Source: an uncultured Lachnospiraceae bacterium (GTDB lineage Bacteria; Bacillota; Clostridia; Oscillospirales; CAG-272). Taken from it: 49,842 bases of DNA. The stretch lies in NCBI GenBank assembly GCA_964456045.1, contig CAYWAD010000002.1:1-49842 (forward strand), given 5' to 3'. Positions 29,066-37,574 of the stretch are shown piece after piece (positions within the stretch are counted from its first letter, which is position 1; each line of letters starts with the position of its first letter). A model generated the notes under the pieces. The model was not told the DNA's origin and searched no databases. It saw only the letters and a program-made list of their open reading frames with translations. A program made the translations under genes and the position numbers.

Positions 29066-29094
29066 TTGACAAGGTGCATTTACGCTGATATAAT
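29066..29094 (+). promoter_or_regulatory. Consensus sigma-A promoter of the aro supraoperon (TTGACA-17-TATAAT)
   Basis: TTGACA at 29066-29071, 17-nt spacer, TATAAT at 29089-29094, 250 nt upstream of the first structural gene. Confidence 0.75.
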
Positions 29095-29132
29095 CATAAA
29101 TAAATTATTAACATCGAAAAGATGAAATCAAT

Positions 29133-29201
29133 ATGATGAGCCGAGTTTTTGCAAACGAATATTATTACTTTTACTTTTTCTTTATCAAAAAAGATAGGTA
29201 A
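29133..29201 (+). CDS. Candidate Tyr/Phe-rich leader peptide (22 aa) of the aro operon attenuator
   Basis: ATG ATG AGC ... TAA translates to MMSRVFANEYYYFYFFFIKKDR*, with 8 consecutive Tyr/Phe codons at 29160-29183. It lies between the promoter and an intrinsic terminator. The SD is weak (GAAAAG ~12 nt upstream). Confidence 0.55.
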   Translation: MMSRVFANEYYYFYFFFIKKDR

Positions 29202-29259
29202 GAGTAAATTCTGTTGCACAAAAATAAATTCGGAAGAATGGAAATTTCAGATTCAACCT

Positions 29260-29300
29260 ACGGATTTTGCAGAAAGAATTTACTGCAAAGTCCGTTTTTT
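29260..29300 (+). terminator. Leader (attenuator) terminator upstream of DAHP synthase
   Basis: 13-bp stem ACGGATTTTGCAG / CTGCAAAGTCCGT (29260-29272 / 29283-29295, one G-U pair) with a 10-nt loop and T6 at 29295-29300. It ends 44 nt before the ATG at 29344. Confidence 0.7.
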
Positions 29301-29343
29301 CATCTTATGCATAAAATCATCCAACCCGAAAGGATTTATTAAA

Positions 29344-30351
29344 ATGATAGTAGTTCTCAAACAAAACAGCGACAAGCTTCAAATCGAAAATTTGATCGAA
29401 TGGTTAAAGGAACAAAACCTGGACATACACATTTCCGAGGGTAAAAATCAGACGGTACTCGGTCTTGTCGGTGACACGACAAGAGTTGACGGCGAGCTTA
29501 TCGAATCGCTCGAAATCGTTGACAGCGTAAAGCGCGTGAGCGAGCCGTTCAAGAGTGCGAACCGCAAATTTCATCCGGACGACACGATTGTAAACGTAGA
29601 TAACATCAAGATCGGCGGCGGCAATTTCGCAATTATTGCAGGTCCTTGCTCGGTTGAAAGCGAGGCGCAAATTCTCGAAGTTGCGACAAAGGTAAAGGAA
29701 GCGGGCGCACTTCTGCTTCGCGGCGGTGCATTCAAGCCGAGGACTTCGCCGTACGATTTCCAGGGACTTCGCGCTGAGGGAATTGATCTTTTGATCAAGG
29801 CGAAAAAAGCGACAGGTATGCCCATTGTAACCGAAATTATGGACGCAAAATACCTTCCCTTATTCGAGGACGTTGACGTTATTCAAGTCGGCGCGAGAAA
29901 CGCGCAAAACTTCGAGCTTCTCAAGGAACTCGGAAAGATCCGCAAGCCGATCCTTCTCAAGCGCGGCACTGCCGGCACCTTGAAAGAGCTTTTGATGAGC
30001 GCGGAATACATCATGGCAGGCGGAAACGAAAACGTCATTCTTTGCGAGCGCGGCATCCGTACATACGAATCCTACACGAGAAACACGCTTGACCTTTCCG
30101 CAGTCCCGGTACTCAAGGAGCTTTCTCACCTTCCCGTTATCGTTGACCCCAGTCACGCTTGCGGAATTTCACGTCTTGTCAAGCCTATGGCAATGGCTGC
30201 CGCCGCTGCCGGCGCAGACGGTCTTATGATCGAGGTTCACAACGATCCCAAGCGCGCGCTTTGCGACGGCGCACAATCGCTCACCCCCGAAGAATTCGCG
30301 GACGTTGCTGCTCGCGTTAACGAAATCAGACAAGTAATCGCTGCAAATTAA
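29344..30351 (+). CDS. aroF: 3-deoxy-7-phosphoheptulonate (DAHP) synthase, type I-beta with N-terminal ferredoxin-like regulatory domain
   Basis: ATG 29344 (MIVVLKQNSDKLQIENL...) after GAAAGGA. Catalytic-core motifs GPCSVES and KPRTSPYDFQG. The ~65-aa N-terminal extension resembles the Thermotoga-type regulatory domain. The track ORF 29149.. over-extends. Confidence 0.88.
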   Translation: MIVVLKQNSDKLQIENLIEWLKEQNLDIHISEGKNQTVLGLVGDTTRVDGELIESLEIVDSVKRVSEPFKSANRKFHPDDTIVNVDNIKIGGGNFAIIAGPCSVESEAQILEVATKVKEAGALLLRGGAFKPRTSPYDFQGLRAEGIDLLIKAKKATGMPIVTEIMDAKYLPLFEDVDVIQVGARNAQNFELLKELGKIRKPILLKRGTAGTLKELLMSAEYIMAGGNENVILCERGIRTYESYTRNTLDLSAVPVLKELSHLPVIVDPSHACGISRLVKPMAMAAAAAGADGLMIEVHNDPKRALCDGAQSLTPEEFADVAARVNEIRQVIAAN

Positions 30352-30371
30352 AGCATTGAAAGGAAGCTCTA

Positions 30372-31235
30372 ATGAACATCGGAATAGTTGGCTTGGGACT
30401 TATCGGCGGTTCATTTGCAAAGGCGCTCACGGCAAGTAAAAAGCACTCCGTTTACGCGTACGACATTGACAAAACGATATTGAATTACGCTATAATGACG
30501 GGTGACGTTGCGCAAAAGCTGACGGATGAAAATCTCTCGTCCTGCGAAATGATAATCGTTTCACTTTACCCGACGGCGACGCTTGATTACCTAAAAAAGA
30601 ACTCTCATTTGATCCGCAAGGGTACGATCGTAATCGACACTGCCGGAACAAAGCGAAGCATTACCTTATCCGCGTTTGAGCTTGCGGAGCGCCACGGCTT
30701 CACGTTTGTCGGCGGTCATCCCATGGCAGGAACGCAATTTTCCGGCTTTAAGCACGCAAGAGCGACACTTTTCAACAATGCCGTTATGGTTGTCACACCC
30801 CAAAAAAACGAGGATCTTCACATTCTGGACAAAGTTAAGTCCGTAATGCTCGATTGCGGTTTTGCCAAGTTAAATGTTACAACGCCTGAGACGCACGACG
30901 AGCTTATCGCGTACACGTCTCAACTTGCGCACGTTGTTTCGAACGCATACGTTAAAAGTCCGTCCGCTCTGCGGCACAAAAATTTCTCCGCCGGCAGCTA
31001 CCGCGATCTTACGCGCGTTGCTCGTTTGAACGAGGACATGTGGACGGATCTCTTCCTTGACAATCGCGACAATCTAATCGGTGAGCTAGACACAATCATA
31101 GAAAACCTGCAAAAATACCGCGATGCGCTCGACAAAAGCGACGCGGACGAATTAAAATCGCTCCTGCGCGAAGGCAGGGTCATAAAGGAAAGGACTCTGT
31201 ATGGTGAAAAAGATCAAAATAAAGACCTCTCATAA
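30372..31235 (+). CDS. tyrA: Prephenate dehydrogenase
   Basis: 287 aa; Rossmann motif IGIVGLGLIGGSFAKAL; GGHPMAG motif. Confidence 0.88.
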   Translation: MNIGIVGLGLIGGSFAKALTASKKHSVYAYDIDKTILNYAIMTGDVAQKLTDENLSSCEMIIVSLYPTATLDYLKKNSHLIRKGTIVIDTAGTKRSITLSAFELAERHGFTFVGGHPMAGTQFSGFKHARATLFNNAVMVVTPQKNEDLHILDKVKSVMLDCGFAKLNVTTPETHDELIAYTSQLAHVVSNAYVKSPSALRHKNFSAGSYRDLTRVARLNEDMWTDLFLDNRDNLIGELDTIIENLQKYRDALDKSDADELKSLLREGRVIKERTLYGEKDQNKDLS

Positions 31236-32253
31236 TTATGACGTTCTTGTCGGTTCGGGGGCTGCCTCGATGATCGGTGCGGAAATCTCCTCGCTCAGTT
31301 CTGCCTCACGCATTCTGACCGTGACAGACGACAATGTTGCGCCTTTGTATGCGGACACGTTCACAGCTCGTTTGCCCGAAGCAACGGAAAAGCATATTTT
31401 TACGCTTCAGCACGGCGAAGAACACAAGTCCATCGAAACCGTTATATCCATCATCGCATATTTGAAAGAACACGGCTTTGACCGAAACGATCTTATCATC
31501 GCGCTCGGCGGCGGCGTCACAGGTGACATGGCGGCATTCGCCGCTTCGATCTACATGCGCGGAATTGATTTTATCAACGTGCCGACGACACTTTTATCGC
31601 AGGTGGATTCCTCAGTCGGAGGCAAAACGGGCGTTGATTTTTCCGGTGCGAAGAACATCATCGGCACATTTTATCAGCCGATTGCGGTCATATGTGATAC
31701 GGACTATCTAAAAACTCTCCCCGATGACATTTTCGCGGACGGCTGTGCCGAAGTCATAAAATACGCGTTTATAAACGACCCCGATTTGCTCGGACTTATC
31801 GACGACGGCATCAAAAAGAACATCGACGAAATCGTTGCGCGCTGTATCTCGAACAAAAACGACATTGTATCGCGCGACGAATTTGACCGCGGCGAGCGTG
31901 CGCTTTTGAATTTCGGGCACACTGTCGGTCATGCGATTGAAAGCCTGAGCGAATATAAAATCAGTCACGGCAAGGCTGTCGCGATAGGCATGTCCATTAT
32001 ATCGAGCGCGTGCGAGACGGCAGGAATCTGCGAGAACGGCGTTTTCGAAAGGCTTAAATCCGTTTTGACGGCAAATTCACTTCCGACAAAGGCGGATTTT
32101 TCCGCGGAAGATCTGACCTGTGCAATCAAAAACGACAAAAAGAAAAGCGGAGACGAAATTTCCGTAATCGTTCCCGTCTCGCTTTCTAAAACGCAAATCA
32201 AAAAAGTAAGTTTTGACGAGCTTTACTCGCTTATAAAAGGAGTTATCCTATGA
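31201..32253 (+). CDS. aroB: 3-dehydroquinate synthase
   Basis: 350 aa; GGGVTGDMAAFAAS and the HTVGHAIE metal-site motif; SD AAGGAAAGGA upstream; overlaps the tyrA 3' end by 35 nt. Confidence 0.88.
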   Translation: MVKKIKIKTSHNYDVLVGSGAASMIGAEISSLSSASRILTVTDDNVAPLYADTFTARLPEATEKHIFTLQHGEEHKSIETVISIIAYLKEHGFDRNDLIIALGGGVTGDMAAFAASIYMRGIDFINVPTTLLSQVDSSVGGKTGVDFSGAKNIIGTFYQPIAVICDTDYLKTLPDDIFADGCAEVIKYAFINDPDLLGLIDDGIKKNIDEIVARCISNKNDIVSRDEFDRGERALLNFGHTVGHAIESLSEYKISHGKAVAIGMSIISSACETAGICENGVFERLKSVLTANSLPTKADFSAEDLTCAIKNDKKKSGDEISVIVPVSLSKTQIKKVSFDELYSLIKGVIL

Positions 32254-33515
32254 CTGTAACGGTTTATCCGTCGCGGCTGACGGGCACTGTGTCCGCGATA
32301 GCATCAAAGTCTGTCCTGCACAGGCTTCTTATCTGCTCCGCCCTCTCGGACGGAAAAACGCGCATCGACAACGTTACGCTGTCCAAGGATATTTACGCGA
32401 CGATGAGCGCGGCGGAGGGGATGGGAAAGGCGGTTACGTTTGAAAACGGCTCGCTTTTTGTGACGGATGGGGTAAAAACTTCGGAAATAAACGTCAACGA
32501 AAGCGGCTCGACATTCCGTTTTATTCTTCCGATCGCGGCGGTGACTGCGCGAAACGAGGCTTTGACGATACAAGGCTCGGAGTATCTTGCATCACGTCCG
32601 ATTTCTCCGCTTTACGAGGAGCTTACCGCACACGGAGCGAAACTTTCGAAAAAGGGCAAATTTCCGATGCGCGTCGGCGGCGAGCTTTTGTCCGGCGATT
32701 ATTCCCTTCCCGGAAACATATCGAGCCAATTTATTTCCGGTTTGCTTTTTGCGCTTCCGCTTTGCGACGGCGACAGCAGAATACGAATCACGGGCAAGCT
32801 TGAATCGAAGCCCTACATCGACATAACGTTGGAATGTCTCAAGGCGTTCGGCATCACAATTGAAGCGGTCGAGGACGGTTATTACATTCAAGGCGGTCAA
32901 AAATACGTCTCTCCCGGCATCATCACCTGCGAGGGTGACTGCTCCAATGCCGCGTTTTTTCTTGCGGCAGGCGCATTTTCCGAGGATTTCGTCGGCGTTC
33001 GCGGCATCAACCGCAAAACCGCGCAGGGAGACTTCGCCGCAGTTGAAATTCTTAAAAACTTCGGCGCCGAAGCGCACGAATCGAACGACTGTATTGAGTT
33101 TCGTCGTGCGGAACTGCGCGCTCGCGATATTGACGCTACCGACATCCCGGATCTGATCCCGATACTTTCGCTTGTTGCGTCCGTTTCCGTCGGCACGACC
33201 ACGGTATACGGCGCGCGCCGTCTGCGTTTGAAGGAAAGTGACCGTCTTTTTTCTGTGACGGATGTGCTTTCTTCGCTCGGCGCGGACATAAAAGAAACCG
33301 ACGACGGGCTGATAATTTCCGGTGTCGGAAGACTTCACGGCGGGAGAGTCTCCTCGCACAACGATCACAGAATCGCCATGACTGCCGCGATTGCTTCCCT
33401 CGTGTCGGACGGAGAAATAATCATCGACGGCTTTGAGGCGATAGACAAATCATATCCGGATTTCATCCGCGACTTCACCGCGCTCGGCGGAAGGATTGAA
33501 GTCACACACGATTAA
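32250..33515 (+). CDS. aroA: 3-phosphoshikimate 1-carboxyvinyltransferase (EPSP synthase)
   Basis: 421 aa; EPSPS-like throughout (..LKESDR.., ..DHRIAMTAAIASL..); ATGA overlap with aroB. Confidence 0.92.
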   Translation: MTVTVYPSRLTGTVSAIASKSVLHRLLICSALSDGKTRIDNVTLSKDIYATMSAAEGMGKAVTFENGSLFVTDGVKTSEINVNESGSTFRFILPIAAVTARNEALTIQGSEYLASRPISPLYEELTAHGAKLSKKGKFPMRVGGELLSGDYSLPGNISSQFISGLLFALPLCDGDSRIRITGKLESKPYIDITLECLKAFGITIEAVEDGYYIQGGQKYVSPGIITCEGDCSNAAFFLAAGAFSEDFVGVRGINRKTAQGDFAAVEILKNFGAEAHESNDCIEFRRAELRARDIDATDIPDLIPILSLVASVSVGTTTVYGARRLRLKESDRLFSVTDVLSSLGADIKETDDGLIISGVGRLHGGRVSSHNDHRIAMTAAIASLVSDGEIIIDGFEAIDKSYPDFIRDFTALGGRIEVTHD

Positions 33516-33538
33516 ATTCACTTATAACGGAGAAATAA

Positions 33539-34612
33539 ATGTCAATTTTCAACGGAAAAAAACTCAGCGTAGCTTTATTCGGTCAGTCTCATTCGGAGGC
33601 GATCGGCGTTACGATAGACGGCTTGCCTGCCGGGATCCCGATCGACGAAGCCGCAATTACCGCGTTTATGAAGCGACGTGCGCCCTCCGCATCCGCATTT
33701 TCCACGGCAAGATCTGAGCCGGACATTCCCTCATTTGTCAGTGGAATTATGAACGGCGTCACGACGGGAACCGCGCTGACGGCAATAATTTACAACAAAG
33801 ATCAACGCAGTCGCGACTACTCCGCGCTTGTGAGCACGCCGCGTCCCGGTCACGCGGACTACCCCGCAAAAGTAAAACACGGCGGCGCTGAGGACTTTCG
33901 CGGAGGAGGTGCGTTTTCCGGCAGGATGACGGCTCCGCTTTGCGTCGCAGGTGCGATTGCAAACGAATATCTGCGTTCGTTAGGCATTACCACGGGTTCG
34001 CACATTTTCTCAATCGGAAACATACGCGACGAAGTTTTCGATCCCGTTCTTGTCTCAAAGGACGAGCTTGACTCGGTAACTTCAAAGGCGTTTTCGGTCA
34101 TTGACGAGCGGAAAGGCGAGGAAATGCTTGATTTTATCGCGCACACGAGAGCGAACAAGGATTCCGTTGGCGGAATTATCGAATGTGCCGCGGTAGGTGT
34201 GCCTGTCGGACTCGGAGGCGAACTTTTCGACGGAATCGAATCAAAGCTTGCACGTCTTGTTTTTTCGGTACCGGCTGTCAAGGGATTTGAAATCGGCTCC
34301 GGATTTGAGTCCGCAAAGTCACACGGAAGCGATAACAACGACGAATTTTACTTTGACGGAGACAATGTGAAAACTCGCACGAACAATGCCGGAGGCATTC
34401 TCGGAGGAATTTCCAGCGGTATGCCGATCATATTCAGAGTCGCGATAAAACCTACTCCGTCGATTGCGAAACCGCAAAGGACCGTCGATCTTTCGTCCCG
34501 TACAAACACGGAAATTACGATTGGCGGAAGACACGACGCTTGCATTGTACCGCGTGCACTGCCCGTCATTGAATCTTGCTTAACTCTCGCCGTTTTAGAC
34601 GAAATTTTATAA
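33539..34612 (+). CDS. aroC: Chorismate synthase
   Basis: 357 aa; FGQSHSEAIGVTIDGLPAG and GGRHDACIVPRA motifs. Confidence 0.92.
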   Translation: MSIFNGKKLSVALFGQSHSEAIGVTIDGLPAGIPIDEAAITAFMKRRAPSASAFSTARSEPDIPSFVSGIMNGVTTGTALTAIIYNKDQRSRDYSALVSTPRPGHADYPAKVKHGGAEDFRGGGAFSGRMTAPLCVAGAIANEYLRSLGITTGSHIFSIGNIRDEVFDPVLVSKDELDSVTSKAFSVIDERKGEEMLDFIAHTRANKDSVGGIIECAAVGVPVGLGGELFDGIESKLARLVFSVPAVKGFEIGSGFESAKSHGSDNNDEFYFDGDNVKTRTNNAGGILGGISSGMPIIFRVAIKPTPSIAKPQRTVDLSSRTNTEITIGGRHDACIVPRALPVIESCLTLAVLDEIL

Positions 34613-34629
34613 ATATCGGAGAAATTATC

Positions 34630-35772
34630 ATGAGCATGGAAAATTACAGAAACGAAATAAACCGCATTGACGAAGAACTCGTTCGCCTTTTCATCGAGCG
34701 CATGGAAACAGTTAAAAAAATCGGTCAGTACAAAAAGGAAAACAATCTGCCCGTACGCGATCCCATGCGTGAGCGCAAGATGCTTGAAGCGATTGCGGAA
34801 ACTGCCGGTCCCGAATACGAAAACAGCCTCAGTCAGCTTTATTCTATGATCCTCGAAATTTCGCGCGCGCAGCAGACGAAGATCGTCTCAGCGCCTTCAA
34901 AGTTGACCGAGATGATGGAAAACGCCGTAAAGGACACGGCGCAGCTCTTTCCCGAAAAAGCGACCGTTGCCTGCCAAGGAACGGACGGTGCATATTCGCA
35001 GGCTGCCGCAGAAAAGATGTTCAAACATCCGTCCATAATGTTCCTTTCGTCGTTTGACAAGGTTTTTGCCGCAGTTGACAAGGGGCTTTGCCGCTTCGGA
35101 ATCCTTCCGCTTGAAAATTCAACCGCCGGCTCCGTTAATCAGATTTACGATCTGATGGTCAAGTACAATTTTTCCATCGTCAGAACCGCGCGCATCCAGG
35201 TTTCGCACACTTTGCTTGCAAACCGCGGCACGAAGCTTTCGGAAATCAAAGAAATTTACTCCCACGAACAGGCGATCGCGCAATGCAGCGAATTTCTCTG
35301 CTCACTTTCCGGCGTGAACATCATTCCCTGCGAAAACACTGCCGTTGCGGCAGCCAAGGTTGCGGCTTCCGGCAGAACGGATGTTGCCGCGATCTCGTCC
35401 AAGGAATGCGCGGAGCTGTACGGTCTTTCCGTAGTCGCAGACAGAATTGCAAATGAAAAGGACAACTACACGCGCTTCATCTGCATCTCAAAAAAGCTTG
35501 AAATTTATCCCGGTGCGGACAAAACGAGCATCATGATGATCCTTCCGCACAAGTCCGGCTCGCTTTACAAAGTGCTTTCGCGTCTGAATGTACTCGGTAT
35601 CAATCTGAACAAGCTTGAAAGCCGTCCCATTCCCGATCGCAATTTTGAATTTATGTTCTATTTTGACATAGACGAATCCATTTACTCACCTGCCCTCAAG
35701 GAGCTCCTCGGTGAGCTTGAACGTGAGGCGCAGGAATTCCGTTATCTCGGAAGCTATTCCGAAATCGTTTAA
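34630..35772 (+). CDS. pheA: Bifunctional chorismate mutase / prephenate dehydratase (P-protein) with C-terminal ACT domain
   Basis: ATG 34630 after GGAGA. CM domain RNEINRIDEELVRLFIERM; PDT VACQGTDGAYS; ACT TSIMMILPHKSGSLYKVLSRLNVLGINLNKLESRP. Confidence 0.9.
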   Translation: MSMENYRNEINRIDEELVRLFIERMETVKKIGQYKKENNLPVRDPMRERKMLEAIAETAGPEYENSLSQLYSMILEISRAQQTKIVSAPSKLTEMMENAVKDTAQLFPEKATVACQGTDGAYSQAAAEKMFKHPSIMFLSSFDKVFAAVDKGLCRFGILPLENSTAGSVNQIYDLMVKYNFSIVRTARIQVSHTLLANRGTKLSEIKEIYSHEQAIAQCSEFLCSLSGVNIIPCENTAVAAAKVAASGRTDVAAISSKECAELYGLSVVADRIANEKDNYTRFICISKKLEIYPGADKTSIMMILPHKSGSLYKVLSRLNVLGINLNKLESRPIPDRNFEFMFYFDIDESIYSPALKELLGELEREAQEFRYLGSYSEIV

Positions 35773-35784
35773 GGAGACACTCAC

Positions 35785-37014
35785 ATGAAATGCGGTCTGC
35801 TCGGCAAAAAGCTCGGTCACAGCTATTCTCCCGAAATTCACCGTCACCTTGCCGACTACGAGTACACGCTTATGGAGCGCGAACCGGACGAGCTTGACGA
35901 TTTTTTCGTTCGATGTGATTTTGACGCAATAAACGTGACAATTCCGTACAAGGAAGCGGTCATCAAATACTGTACCGACATTGACGAAAAGGCGAAAAAG
36001 ATCGGCTCGGTCAACACGATCGTCAAAAAAGACGGCAAGCTGTACGGCTACAACACGGATTATTTCGGATTCAATCTTATGCTCGAACGCTTGACTGATG
36101 TCAACGGCAAAAAAGTCCTCGTTTTGGGAAGCGGCGGCTCGTCAAAAACGGTATGCGCCGTTGTCCGTGATCTCGGCGGTGAGCCTGTTATCATCTCGCG
36201 CACGGGCGAAAACAATTACGAAAACATCAGCCGTCACTATGCCGATACGGACGTTATCGTTAACACAACGCCTGTCGGAATGTATCCGAACAATCTTATC
36301 GCCCCGATTGAGCTTGACAAATTTACCTCTGTTTCGGCAGTGCTGGACATAATTTTCAATCCGTCGAAAACGAAGCTGCTACTCGACGCGGAAAGGCTTG
36401 GAATACCGTTTTCCAACGGCTTACTTATGCTCGTCGCACAGGCAAAACGCGCCTCCGAGCTTTTCAGAGACGTCTCCGTTCCGGATTCGGCAATTGACGA
36501 AATTCTTCGCTCGATACAGCGCGAGGTTTTGAACATAGTCATCGTAGGTATGCCCGGTTGCGGAAAATCCGTCGTCGGCAAAAAGATTGCAAAGCTGCTC
36601 GGCAGAGAGTTTGCGGACGTGGACAAGCACATTACAAAATCCGTCGGCATACCTCCGAAGCAGATCATCGAAAATGAGGGAGAATCCGAGTTCAGGCGAA
36701 TCGAAACGGAAGCGCTCAAAGAGCTTTGCAAGCGTTCCTCACTCGTCATCGCAACGGGCGGCGGCGCTGTTACGGTAAAGGAAAATTTCGACGTCATTCG
36801 TCAAAATGCGGTTGTGATTTATTTGAAGCGCGACCTTTCCCTTTTGTCAACCAAAGGCAGACCTTTGTCCGCCGGAGGAGACAAGGCGTTGGCGCATCTT
36901 TTTGAAAATCGCAAGGACGCATACGCGAAAATCGCGGATTTTGAACTTGAAAGTACAGGCATGATTTCAAAAACGGCGGAAAATGCTTGCAGAATTTTCC
37001 GCAACTGCATATAA
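35785..37014 (+). CDS. aroE: Fused shikimate dehydrogenase (AroE) / shikimate kinase (AroK)
   Basis: 409 aa; the N-terminal ~250 aa are AroE-like (GHSYSPEIH.., VLGSGGSSK). The C-terminal ~165 aa carry the AroK P-loop IVGMPGCGKSVVGKKIA and GGGAV. Confidence 0.88.
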   Translation: MKCGLLGKKLGHSYSPEIHRHLADYEYTLMEREPDELDDFFVRCDFDAINVTIPYKEAVIKYCTDIDEKAKKIGSVNTIVKKDGKLYGYNTDYFGFNLMLERLTDVNGKKVLVLGSGGSSKTVCAVVRDLGGEPVIISRTGENNYENISRHYADTDVIVNTTPVGMYPNNLIAPIELDKFTSVSAVLDIIFNPSKTKLLLDAERLGIPFSNGLLMLVAQAKRASELFRDVSVPDSAIDEILRSIQREVLNIVIVGMPGCGKSVVGKKIAKLLGREFADVDKHITKSVGIPPKQIIENEGESEFRRIETEALKELCKRSSLVIATGGGAVTVKENFDVIRQNAVVIYLKRDLSLLSTKGRPLSAGGDKALAHLFENRKDAYAKIADFELESTGMISKTAENACRIFRNCI

Positions 37015-37065
37015 TGCGGTTTACTTAGAATCAAAGCTGAAAATTCAGCAATTACAGGAGTTTTT

Positions 37066-37509
37066 ATGAACAACATCGGCAAAAATGTACTGGTCATCAA
37101 CGGGCCGAACTTGAATTTGCTCGGACTGCGCGAGCCTGAAATATATGGGAACAAAAACTATTCCGCATTACTCGATTTTATTAAGGCATCTGCCGAAGAT
37201 ATCGGTTTTGAAGTCGATTTTTTTCAATCCAACCACGAAGGCGCGATAATTGACTCGATCCAAGCAGCGTACGGGAAATATGCCGCGATCGTCATCAATC
37301 CCGCGGCGTACACGCACACGAGCGTTGCCATCTTGGACGCGCTGAAGGCAGTCGCGATACCGACTGTCGAAGTTCACCTTTCCGACGTAAATGAGCGCGA
37401 GGAATTCCGTCGTTTTTCGTACGTCTCGCTCGTTGCGAAAAAGACGATCTGCGGAAAGGGCTTCGATGGCTACCGTGAGGCACTTCTGTTCCTTAAAGAA
37501 ATTTTGTGA
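37066..37509 (+). CDS. aroQ: Type II 3-dehydroquinate dehydratase
   Basis: 147 aa; VLVINGPNLNLLGLREPEIYG..QSNHEG..NPAAYTHTSVA. Confidence 0.93.
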   Translation: MNNIGKNVLVINGPNLNLLGLREPEIYGNKNYSALLDFIKASAEDIGFEVDFFQSNHEGAIIDSIQAAYGKYAAIVINPAAYTHTSVAILDALKAVAIPTVEVHLSDVNEREEFRRFSYVSLVAKKTICGKGFDGYREALLFLKEIL

Positions 37510-37574
37510 AATCATATCTGCATATTCTTCGCATGTTTTGCAAAAAATAACGCAAAACGATTCGGAGGATATAC

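Noticed and set aside
29149-29343. N-terminal 65-aa extension of the DAHP synthase ORF in the track (TTG start at 29149).
   Set aside because: The extension runs through the leader ORF and across an intrinsic terminator, and it has no SD. The conserved protein begins at ATG 29344, preceded by GAAAGGA. Similar over-extensions were trimmed for rpsJ (1510 to 1432), lnt (7190 to 7127), asd (9007 to 9073), rimI, pheA, the amidase, and the lipoproteins at 17439 and 44866.
28897-29343. Possibility of a T-box or other riboswitch leader for the aro operon.
   Set aside because: I could not find the conserved T-box motif (AATTAGGGTGGNACCGCG-like), a specifier-loop architecture, or any GC-rich conserved core. 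The leader is AT-rich, and the leader-peptide attenuator model explains it better. This needs an Infernal scan to be definitive.
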